From Hyphochytrium catenoides (Eukaryota; Protista; Hyphochytriomycota), in NCBI GenBank assembly GCA_900088475.1, contig FLMG01002184.1, positions 62,001 through 126,000 of the forward strand: a DNA stretch of 64,000 bases. Direction: 5' to 3'. The position numbers were made by a program, and so were the translations under genes. Below, piece after piece: positions 1-10,595 of this stretch. The notes under the pieces are model-generated. The model saw only the letters and a list, made by a program, of their open reading frames with translations. It ran no database searches and had not been told where the DNA came from. Position 1 is the first letter of the stretch. The number at the start of each line of letters is the position of its first letter.

Positions 1-68
1 TAAGCTTTCCTCTACATTAGTCTGGGGATGTCAAGAAAGCAACAAATACTAAGTGTGCTGGGCTGCAG

Positions 69-1333
69 CTTGACATTTTAGATGCCTCGAACAACTTGAT
101 CATGGACCTTCAGAGTGTTGCCAGCCTTAAGGCATTGGACGAGATTCACCAACTCTGGCTCACGGGGAACCCATGCAGCAAGACAGAGAGGTCTGTCAAT
201 TAATTTGAAAGAGCGATAATGCCTTTCCATGGTTGGACGCGTGACTGAGCACTTCGCCTTGTGTCTATTATCTGTTGTTTGGTGTGTCTTCAAATGTGTA
301 GTTACTTTAAGGACGTCAAGACAATTCTTAAGAAGCTGCAGTTCCTTGACGACCACGAATATGGCGCAGATGGTACAGCTGTGCCTACTGCGGCAAGCAG
401 ACCAGGATCTGCTGCCATAAGACCAGGGTCTGCATCCAGCCGCGCAGTCGGTGAGTAAACGGTCTTCGCTTCCTTCTTGGCCACCAACTGAGCAGTTGCT
501 TCTCTCGTCACCTCTGGTCTGCCACGAGTAGCTTCAAACAGGCCAGGGTCCTCTAAGGGACGTACTGGAACAACCCACTCTCAAGGGAGTTTGTCGGCAC
601 GATCGGATGGGAGCGACAGCATGTCCATCCCCCTTTTTCGGTCCGGAACATCGAGAATTGGTGCGTATATCAACTGCTGCTTATGTTGCTTGCAAATTGG
701 TGTTAATCTTGCCATCTAGGTCCTGAGATGAAGCTACTGTCGGCTGAAGAGCTAGACCAAAAGGTCAGTCGGATGAAGGAGAGTTTACGCTCAGCAAGAT
801 CCAAGGTAATAAGAGACGAATAGCTTCACTTCGACTATCGAAAGGGTCTAAAAGCTACCTGTCAGCTTGACTGTCTCCTAAGTCCAAGAACCCACGGAAC
901 CAAAGAGGAAGAAACTTCTCTTAACACGGTTAGATATTCGCGTTCTCACGAGTCGAGAAAGTCATTCTCTCGGGAATCGACGCTTGGAACGGCGAAACGG
1001 ACAGAAGACGGGAGTGATAGAAGGATAGTGACGAAAGCGGATGCAGGGACAAATCCAATGTCTCCTACAAAACGCTCTGAAGTACCCCGGTTGCCGGTGG
1101 AAGGCATAGCCAATAATGAAGATGAGCGGCAACAAAGTAAGCACACAGAGCTGAACCCAGAGGATGACACGGCAGAAAGTTGGCTGCTGATGCAATCACC
1201 ACGCTTTGAGGCCATCAAGAGAGCGGAGCTTAAAAAGCCTCCATCAAGAGGTACAAGGTCTCTCGCGTCGTATAATTCCTTCCAGATCCCAACAAGTGCT
1301 AGAAAGATCATAGAGGCCGACTTGCCACACTAA
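69..1333 (+). CDS. Leucine-rich repeat protein (SDS22/LRRcap type), 3' part; multi-exon, 5' end outside window
   Basis: The exon from 69 reads LDILDASNNLIMDLQSVASLKALDEIHQLWLTGNPC. After intron 191-301 it continues YFKDVKTILKKLQFLDD (LRRcap). A low-complexity RPGSA-rich tail follows, ending in ORF 1028..1333. Confidence 0.75.
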
Positions 1334-1440
1334 CCCCAACAAATGTGGTACAAAAAGTCACTCCATGTATGAATAGGGACGAGTCAGATTGGCGGGCCGT
1401 GCGCTGGTTAACTTAGCTACACAGCTGAAAAGTTACCCTA

Positions 1441-4400
1441 TTACTCTACGGCTGCCTGCGCTTCCTTCTCAGTGGAGAGGAAAGAGGCGAAAATATCTGA
1501 TCGCAGTACGTCAGCCATGCTTGGTCGCTTGTGGGGATCAATTGCAAGCATGCTCTCTAGTAACTCCATGGCACCGGATACTTGCATCAACCTTCGCCTA
1601 GCTCTAGAAATGTATTCGTTGTTTCCTTTCCTCAATGAATAGGACTTTTGGTCAGCCCTAAATCGCTCCGCTGTCAACGAATGTAATATAAGAAAAGCTG
1701 CGCGGCCATTAGAGCAGAGAATGAGGGGCCATACCTGTTGCACTTGGGCCCTGTAGACAGCGCTCAATCGCGGACCACACAGGCGACATAAAGACTTTTG
1801 CTTCGCATGCCGATGGGGGAGGCAAACCAATGAGGACGAGGATCCGGTAGAGCGTATTATACATAAGAACTTTGTCTTCCGCTTCGGGGGCAGCATCTAG
1901 AAGGACTCTGAATTGCCTTGAACATTTGGACCCCTAAACTCAAGTAAGACAAGCTCGAGGCTATATGTAGCAAGACATGGCCTACCTCCCAAACCTTCTT
2001 AATGCTACATTTCAAAAGGGGTGGGCACACGACGCCTTCGAGAAGTTCCTCGTAGGGAGCACTGAGGGAACGTCAAGGCTGCTTTTAGTCTTCCTCTCAT
2101 AGTACATGACCCCTACCCTAGCTTACCTCCCGCTGAAGAGGTGTAGCATACAGAGGCCTAGGGCGAAGGCATCCGCGGAGTAGTGCTGCTTGGCACCCGA
2201 ACCCAACAGCAGCTGATCAATAGCAGTGTTTTCGAAAGTCGTGAACTGGCACGATTTGAGTAGGAGGATGGTTATGCGCAAGAACATAGCAATCTGGAGC
2301 GGCTTTCTTACGTGACTGGCTTCTATAGGCTGACCAAGCGTAACAGACGAAGTATCAGCCGTGCCAAAGTCCGCAAGCTTGACGATGTAACTGTGGCCTT
2401 TCGAAAGAGGGATACAGAACTTCTTCTCTTCGAGATCATATTCCAGCCATTTTTCCTCCTCTTGCCCGACTCTTGCATCCTTGAGAAGAAAATTGAGCAG
2501 CTGCGTGCGAAGGGCTCTTAGTCACTATGCAGCCAAGGTAGGCTTGGCTCGCTGATTTACTTTACCTTGATGTCATAATGTCGCATTTGGTACTCTTGCT
2601 GGCCGGCGTAGAGTGCATAAGTCATCTGGAAAAGAAAAGGAAGGACAGCTTCTTGGACAGGAAGAACGCCATCTGGTTGGCCTCTGATATACTCCTCTAG
2701 ATCTCCTGCATCGCATAGCTCCATTCTAATAAACTGGAATCGGCCCTTACAGCTGGGACGCTAGCAGAGGGCAATAAGGAGCGGAAGTTACTCACATGCA
2801 CTTAAGTTGATTTGACTTTTGGTTTCCTTAAGAGGCGCAAGGTACCTTTGGACATCTCTGCGTTTTATTGTCAAGGGCGTACTTTGTCTGGGCCGTCTGG
2901 AGGTCAATGTCTCCCAGAGGACTACGAAGATCTCGGCTGCCCCAGTGTGTGCTCTTTGGCGGAGGATAAGGAGCCTCGAAGGTCTATTAGATATGCAGGT
3001 CAGACAGCACTGGCAGCGGTATGGTTGTAGAAGTGTCCGACTTTACCTCATAAACCTGCACAAAATTGGGACATATCTTCATTCTGCATAACTCTGACAG
3101 AAGTAGAGAACAATAGACCTCCTGCTGCACCACAGCCTGGAAAACATAAATAGATACAATTAGTATAGATGTGACGAAGCAGTATCTCTCGGGAAAAGTA
3201 GCAGGCACCTCATTGCCTGTTTCTTCAATGGCATCGACATCCATGACACTCATGGCCTCAAAACGTTGATCAGCTCGAGACCAAACTTTGAAGACCTCTT
3301 TGTACGCGCCGTCGGAGAGATACAATCCCCAAGGAAAAGCTCTAAGAAGGGAGGCCCAACCCTCTATACGCTTCATCCTGTAAGAACGCATATCCCATTA
3401 GAGACCTGCTGCTAGGTTATTTCAAGCTGTTACTCTTACCCTCTCCCACTAGCCATGCATCTTGCCTCCGCTCTGCAGGAGATAGCGAACGTTATTGAAA
3501 GACCATTCTCGAAGAATCAAAGACGAACTTGGACGTTTACCTCCGCGACTCTTGCTTCCAGGTGCGGCTGACCTTAGCTGTCACGCTATGAAGCTCTTCC
3601 ACCGTAAGGAACTCGAAGATTGGGGCTAAGACCATGCTGGGGATCACATAAACGCTTCGCACACCTAAACAAGATAGAAATTGTGGGAGAAAAGTGAGGA
3701 AACGGAATACGAGTAGTCAGCGCGCTCATCGCTATCACTCACTTTCTAGCGTCAATCTGGCGACGTATGAAGCCTGAGAGTGCCTTCCTATGGAGAATGC
3801 TGCCAAGGAAAGGCGCCTATTGCGACCACGAAGCTTCCTCGCAGTACGTCCTTCCTCTGGCTGGACCATCTTTGCGGGAAGGCCAAACTCTTGCCCATTA
3901 CGAAAGCCATTGAAGAGAGACGGTGGGAGCGGCAGCGCGTCAACGTCAAAGGTGTCCAGTCCATCTTCTTCAACTTCTAAGGGCTCCTTCGCTCCTTTAT
4001 CTTTGCCAAGGAGTTCGGGTGTCTTAGGGCTGCTTTGGAGCGGGATTGGAGAGCCCAGATCGGAGGAGTCAAACGCAGTTGGCGCACGAACAGCTAGATG
4101 TCTTGAAGGAGTTTGAGGTGACTCAAAGACCTCACTGCATTTGTCCCTTTCTCGAATCTCGTCCTCATCACTTTCGATGGTTATGCGCTCTATACTGTTT
4201 GTGATATCTGCCAGCACTGACTTTCGCCGTACTCCTTCAGTTGTCTCCCTTTCCGGGCATGTTCCCTCCAACTCGTATTGTCTAAGTAATCCACATTAGA
4301 GCGAAAGTTGAGAAAAGCGGAGAGGAGGACGACAGTACGGAAGGCTAGGATTGAAGAGGAGGACGGTTCTCGCATAGCAAGAGTGCAACCAAGGGGTATA

Positions 4401-5909
4401 CATCAACTAGGATGGCGAAGATTCTACTTGGAGCAACAGACTTTTTACGCTCTAGGCTGCGATGCGAAGACCTACCTCCGCCCATATAGACGTTTCTGCG
4501 CATCCTCTGTCTTCTTTTTCTGGGCACTTTTAGTCACCAGAACAGCCAGAGCCAGCTCTCTCTGAATGGGCCGCAGTAGCGACGTCTTGATTTTGTACCT
4601 AACGTTCACTTGACTCTTTCCAAGCTCAAACCCTAGCTCTTCTAGGAGACTTCCGAAGCGCAGCCGCCGATCAAAACTCCATTCTTTCGGGACTTCGACA
4701 AGACACCCCTGTCCGAAGCCGTAATCGAAGGAAGTGGACGCTGGAAGGTCCAGACAAAGCAAGAATGGTGAGCTAGCAGGAGGATTTGCATTTTTCGCAT
4801 AGAGTTTACTGACCTTCTCTCAACATTTCATACAATGTCGCGACGTCGTCTGAAGCCGCCTGCCTAATAATATCTTTGGCCTTCTTCTTGGGTCCTACCC
4901 TGCCCTTACCCAACTCTTCTTTCTGAAGATAGACATGTTAGTGTATTGAAGGTAGGACTCTAAAGTAAGCTCTTTGATGTACTTGCCTTCAGAAGTTGCC
5001 TTGAAGGACGGGCGGTAGACGCCTGTCTCATCTGTTTAGCCCGACCAGTCTGCTTATTGGTCCTCTGTTTCTGGCTCGTTGAGCGCCACTCCTCGTCACT
5101 TTCAGCACCGTCACTTTGAGCGGAAAAGTAATCGCTCCCTGTATTCTCAGATCCTCCATCACTGGTTGGCGTTTCACAGAGCTTTAGCTGATTCTGCAGA
5201 AGCGGAGGTTTGAAGATATCATCCAACGATGTGTTCGGCGACGAGCATATCGTTCTTCTTCCTCGCCGCCTATTTGGAGCTGGCCACTGGGTGACGTCCT
5301 CATCGACCAGCACTGAATCATCCAGGCAGCTTGGACCTTGATGAACAGTCTGAGGGCTCTCAGTGACGGGCACCATCCCTTCAATCAACTCGGAGATCTG
5401 TTGCCCTTCAATAATCCGTCTGTAACATTGTGAACGCTCTGTTTAGTTTCGAATTCATCGTTAGACCATCTAATGGATATCGTACGGTAAGCTGCTGGAC
5501 TGCAATGCACCTCGCCCTGCCTGCAAGCCAGAGGTTAAGGGGACCTTCGCTTTTACTTGGTAAGTTCGCAGTCTCCCTTTGCCGGTCAGTGTATTCTCTT
5601 GGAGCCTTTGGAAGCTCGTGGCATACTTAGGAGGTGATTGATCGAGCCAAGACATTTTTACCGTCGACACTCTCTATTACTGCTGGTCGCAGTACCCTAG
5701 CCTCTGTCACAAAGAACGTCCCCGATAATGTCCTACAAGAATCAAGTGACGATGGTCATTGGACGTGGTATCTGGTTGTTGCAGCTCTTCTTCCGGTGTA
5801 CCTTCATATAAAACCTATTGCACGATGGGTTTTTTAAAATATCGGCCTGCAAGGGCTCATGGAATCCGCAGAGACTAAAGCCTACAGAGGGGACAAGCTT
5901 GCTATCCAT
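1441..5909 (-). CDS. Atypical Ser/Thr protein kinase with long disordered N-terminus and C-terminal kinase domain (haspin-like layout); multi-exon, start uncertain
   Basis: Spliced kinase motifs: LSDGAYKEVFKV (G-loop), EAMSVMD (beta3), VVQQEV (alphaC), CPNFVQVY, FIRMELCDAGDLEEYI, RHYDIKLLNFLL, VKLADFGTAD, DAFALGLCMLHL, LLESMLAIDPHKRPSMADVL. Stop codon at 1441-1443. Confidence 0.8.
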
Positions 5910-5977
5910 GTCATGTCTCTTGATAAAAATCTGTCTCGAGTGCGAAGGACACTGCAGAAACTGATGATGTACAGAAT

Positions 5978-6080
5978 TTTGAAGTTTTTTAGCCGTTAAC
6001 CTCCGGCCGTTAGCGTCTTGATTGGACGTTAACGGTCATCAAGGCGTTAGCGACCTCCGTAGATACGTTGGAGCCGTAGA
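5978..6080. promoter_or_regulatory. Cluster of Myb/MSA-like AACGG elements with CHR-like TTTGAA and a CCAAT box, in the divergent promoter of the kinase and PDH E1-alpha genes
   Basis: TTTGAA 5978-5983; TAGCCGTT 5990-5997 (AACGGCTA on -); GGCCGTTAG 6005-6013; ATTGG 6021-6025; AACGGTCA 6031-6038; degenerate copies to ~6080. Confidence 0.5.
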
Positions 6081-6377
6081 TTTCTGTGTGTGAAACAGAG
6101 GCCAATTCTTCCTCACTTTACGACGGGAATGACGACAGGAGACAGAGATCATTACTACTGCCAGCACATCCCTGTTAGAATATAGTTTTCTGACCTCTTA
6201 TAGCGGCACTATTACTGCGCTGATCGACGGTAAAATGCAGGCCCAAGGCGTTATGAAGGTCTTGGTCTGCACCAATGATCCAGAAAGCTGTGGGAAAGGA
6301 AGACACAAAGCTTCAGATCAGAAGTGGACGAGCTTGGGGCTTGATAAGCGCAACCTTGCGAACAGAACGCCGTAAGT

Positions 6378-7725
6378 ATGATCCGTCAGTTGGTGGGCGC
6401 TACTAGGGCCAAGCTGCCCACTGGGCTAGCCGCCCGAGGCTTTGCTAGCTCTGCAGAACCAATCCAGATTGAGCTCTCGACCAAGTTCTTGACGCACAGT
6501 AAGAGTTGTTCGTTGCACCTGTTGGGATCTTATGCAAAGGCTAACCTCACTGGGTCTATCTTTTGATGGACAGATTTGGAGAATGCGCCGTCTCAGACCG
6601 TGACGACCACCCGGGAGGAACTCATGGAGTTTTATAAGCTGATGTATACTATGCGAAGGATGGAGATCGCTTGCGACAACGAATACAAAGCCAGAAACAT
6701 TCGAGGATTTTGCCATCTGTATGACGGACAGGAAGCAGTTGCTACAGGCATAGAGGCCGCTTTTACAAGGGAAGATAGCTGGATCACCTCCTACCGCTGC
6801 CATTGCGTTGCGCTTGCTAGAGGGTTCACGGTAGCTCAGGTGATTGGCGAACTCTTCGGTGTGACTTGTGGTGTCGTCCGTGGCAAGGGCGGGTCCATGC
6901 ATATGTACAGTAGAAAGAACAACTTCTACGGAGGCCAAGGAATCGTAGGTGCCCAGGTACCTGTTGGTACCGGACTTGCTTTCGCTGCCAAGTACCTTCA
7001 TAAGGGACCAGGACCCACCCCTGTGGCTCTCGCATGCTTTGGAGATGGTGCTGCCAACCAGGGTCAGGTCTTTGAATCTGCGAACATGGCTGCGCTCTGG
7101 GATCTTCCCATCATATATGGCATTGAAAATAACAGATACGGTAAACTCGCCGATATGCACTTCTATTCGTATGTTCGTCGCGTTGTGGATTGACCTCGTC
7201 CTTCCTGTAGGCATGGGAACCTCTGTGGAGCGATCCACTGCAAACACTGAGTACTATACTATGGGCAACAAGATTCCAGGCATCAAGATCGATGGTATGG
7301 ACGTGCTGGCAGTGAAGGAGGGTATGAAGTTCTGCAAGGACTGGTGTGGCAATGGCAACGGGCCCATCTTTGCTGAGCTAAGCACTTACCGTTACCACGG
7401 TCACTCTATGTCTGATCCTGGCGTAACCTATAGAAACCGTGACGAAATCTCACAGATCAGGGCGTCTCGCGATCCTATCGAAAGGGTCAAGAAGACTCTT
7501 CTGGACAATTCTTTAGCTACTCCTGAAGAGATTAAGGAGGTGGAAAAGGAGATCCGTAGTTATGTACAGGAGGAGGTGAAGAAGGCTAAGTCCAGCCCAG
7601 CTCCTAATGACTTAGAGGCTTTCACTGATATCTACATCTCTCAGGAAGGGAAGTCGGAATACCCTCCCTTCATCCGCGCTCCAGATATTGCTAAGAGCCT
7701 CGTCAATGGACAGCGCTTGTCATGA
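6378..7725 (+). CDS. PDHA1: Pyruvate dehydrogenase E1 alpha subunit, mitochondrial; introns ~6499-6573 and 7141-7210
   Basis: Presequence [24 protein letters not shown]; [13 protein letters not shown]; GKGGSMH; TPP motif GDGAANQG; phosphorylation loop [12 protein letters not shown]. Confidence 0.97.
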
Positions 7726-8510
7726 GCTCCTGGGATAGCTTGTTATGGTGGTCTGGGTGCCTCCTACTAAATTAATGGATAGTGACCTTTACTGTGAAGC
7801 AGCGTACACTTGTAACCCAATGGAGCTGACCACTTCGGGCCTCATAAATAGCTAGTAGAGAGGTGACGCTTGTCCTTCCATCTCAGATCATGAGCTTATC
7901 AGAGACCATCATCGTGTCACCTTCCATTCCACCCCTGCCACATCACAAGCAGCCTTCGCCTTCATCCTCACACAGATGAAGCCAGCCAAAGGGTGGCAGG
8001 ACTATACAGGATAATAGTCCTCCCATTCAGAATATGCCAGATGCCAAAAAAGTTCTCTTGTGTACACTGTACTGTAGTACTGTAGGCAGTATACAGTGAA
8101 CACCTCGATACACCCCTCATTCCTGATTATCATGCTTTGTGGGTTAAGTAGGAGGAGGATTGGTGATGAGGAAGCTATTTCTTTACCAAGACAAAGCTCT
8201 TGTAGATTTCTTCAGACCGAAGCCGGCAGCAAATGTCCCCGATGCCCATTCCGCGCCTCGCTCACTGGTCAGACCAACCTTCGAGGCTATTCAGCTGCCC
8301 AGCTATTGTCTGCTGAGGAGGCGAGGACAAGAACTGCGCCGTCCTCTGCTTGCGGTGCCCCTATATCAGTCAACTGTAGACCCAGGTCAGCGCCTCCAAG
8401 ACAGGGAGAAGTCGTGTCTGCTAGAACATGACTCCAATTTACGCTTGAGACGTGGAAGATCCTGGCTGTGGGGCCTATAAACGGCTCTACCTTTCAAGGC
8501 AAGAAGAATA

Positions 8511-10406
8511 ATGGGGAGGAAAGCCAAGCAAAAAAGGGAGAAAGAAGAGCAACAGGAGGCGGAGCTGAGGGGCAAGCACATACGTAAGAGGCGCCGCCAA
8601 GAAGTCAAAGAAATTCGGAAAGAGCAGAAGAAGGCTGAGAGAGGAGCACGTCGTGGGCATGAGAAGGTAAAGGTCTCCTGCTTCATAAACATCACCGTTG
8701 CTACGCTCGACTATTATACCCGTATATCAACCTCCTTTCATTCCAGAAGCTGAGCCCTTCTCTACTTAAGGCTGACGGCACATCGCACGTTTTTATCCAC
8801 CAGGCACAGTCAACTCCGGCTCGTCAGAACATCAGTCAGCAGGCTGATGCGATTATTTCAGAGAATGATGCTGACGGATTTATAGAGCTCTACCCAGCTT
8901 TTGATGTCTTCAGCCCTCAAAAGAGTGAGGAACGGCATGGTGCCTCTTCTGAAAAGAAGAAGGTCGTCGACCTACCGCCTTGGATTCCTGAAGGCAAAAA
9001 GTACACGGCGCAACATGCATTGCTGAATCTTCACGAGGAGATCCTTGACTTCTGCGACTTCATCTCTCCGTCCCTAGAAGAAAAACAGCAACGAGCAGAT
9101 GTCTTTGAAGAACTGTCTACTATGATCAAAAAGCTCTGGCCAACAGCTCAGGTTGACATGCACGGCAGTCAGGCTACAGATCTCTATCTTCCCACTAGCG
9201 ACATTGACGTCATGGTCAACATTCCTGGAGACACAGCAGCGAGCCAAGTCATGCATCTGCAGTGCCTCGCCACAGTATCCTTTCAACTAAATTGTCCCAG
9301 ACTCACCTGTTCCCTGGGTGGCAGACTGTCTATACTTTCTTTAGCCTTCTGCTTCCGTCGCTGAAAGTATTAGCACCATCGTCATTCTGGCGCTCCTTCT
9401 GATAGCAAACTTTGCCCGGTTTAGGTCCCCCGCCCCCCAACTTACTATCTTTCTTTTGAGCACATACTGATTCAAGGACGTAATTGTTTTGTGATGACTT
9501 TGGCCCTTCTTTATTTGTACCTTAACTCTTTCACAGCAGCTTGAACGTCAAGGAGTCCCTTCCTACCTGGAGGTGATTGCCAAAGCAAGAATCCCTATCG
9601 TGAAGTATACACACAAGCAGACAGGTATTAACGTCGATGTTTGCTTTGGAGTGGACAGCGGCGCGAGAACAGCCGCACTTATTCGCAAATTTATGAGTCG
9701 GATGTCTCCTTTACGGCCGCTTGTCCTGGTCTTGAAGCAGTTCTTGATGCAGAGAGGCCTCAATGAGACCTTTACCGGCGGAGTCGGCTCTTTCCTCTTG
9801 CAGCTGATGGTCATCAGTTTCCTACAGCAGTTTCAGCGGCAGTGGTTCAAAACGCCGGTAGCGGAGCGACCCATCGTCAGCTTGGGATTGCTGCTTGTAG
9901 AGTTTCTAAAATTATATGGAGAAGATCTGAACTACGTGACCACCGGCCTGTCAGTGCTGCACAGCGGAACTTACTATTCCAAAGAAGAGGAGCAGAGACT
10001 CAACAATGGCCGACCCTTCCTGCTCTCCGTGGAGAACCCTGACGATCCAACTCTAGATGTCTCCGCCAATTCCTTCGAAATCCGCCAAGTTCGAAGGATC
10101 TTTCTCTATGCCTACAACCGACTTAGAGGGCAGCTGCATAGAGCGGCCGGAGAACCTAGTCGTTACTTCAAATACAACGGCAGTCTATTAGCGCATATTA
10201 TAGCGTTGGATGACAGCATTGTAGCGAGGTTCCATCACCAAGGCAAACCCTTTGGGTTCGAACCTCTTGAGTTCGGCGCTCTCGAGGATGAGTCGAAGGA
10301 GCAAGGTCGAGAAAGAGCGTTTGGCAACCACGAGCGGCAGATGTCATCGGGCAAACCCACGCCTTCTCGCTTTAGGAGGAAACGACACCGCGGAAAGAAT
10401 ATCTGA
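8511..10406 (+). CDS. TRF4: Non-canonical poly(A) polymerase Trf4/PAPD5 (TENT4) family; 2 introns
   Basis: LHEEILDF; HGSQATDLYLPTSDIDV (GS and DxD); ARIPIVKY..VDVCF; LKQFLMQRGLNETFTGGVGSF; LSVENPDDP (PAP-associated domain). Basic N- and C-termini. Confidence 0.92.
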
Positions 10407-10595
10407 GACAGTTTTTCGTCCTTTGACTATTTATTGTGCCTTTCTATTGCACGGAGTTCTTCTTCTGTACAGTTCTCACTCTGGGCTTAGTTTGATGCTG
10501 TGTCCTCCTTCACTCCTTACACCATAACCTTAATGTGTCCTTTTTTAGGGCGAAAGAACAACGTCTTGGTTCTTTAGAACATCCAGAATGAGGCT

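Noticed and set aside
8096-8480. 100-110-codon ORFs upstream of TRF4
   Set aside because: No recognisable domain or splice support; cannot be distinguished from chance ORFs or a uORF.
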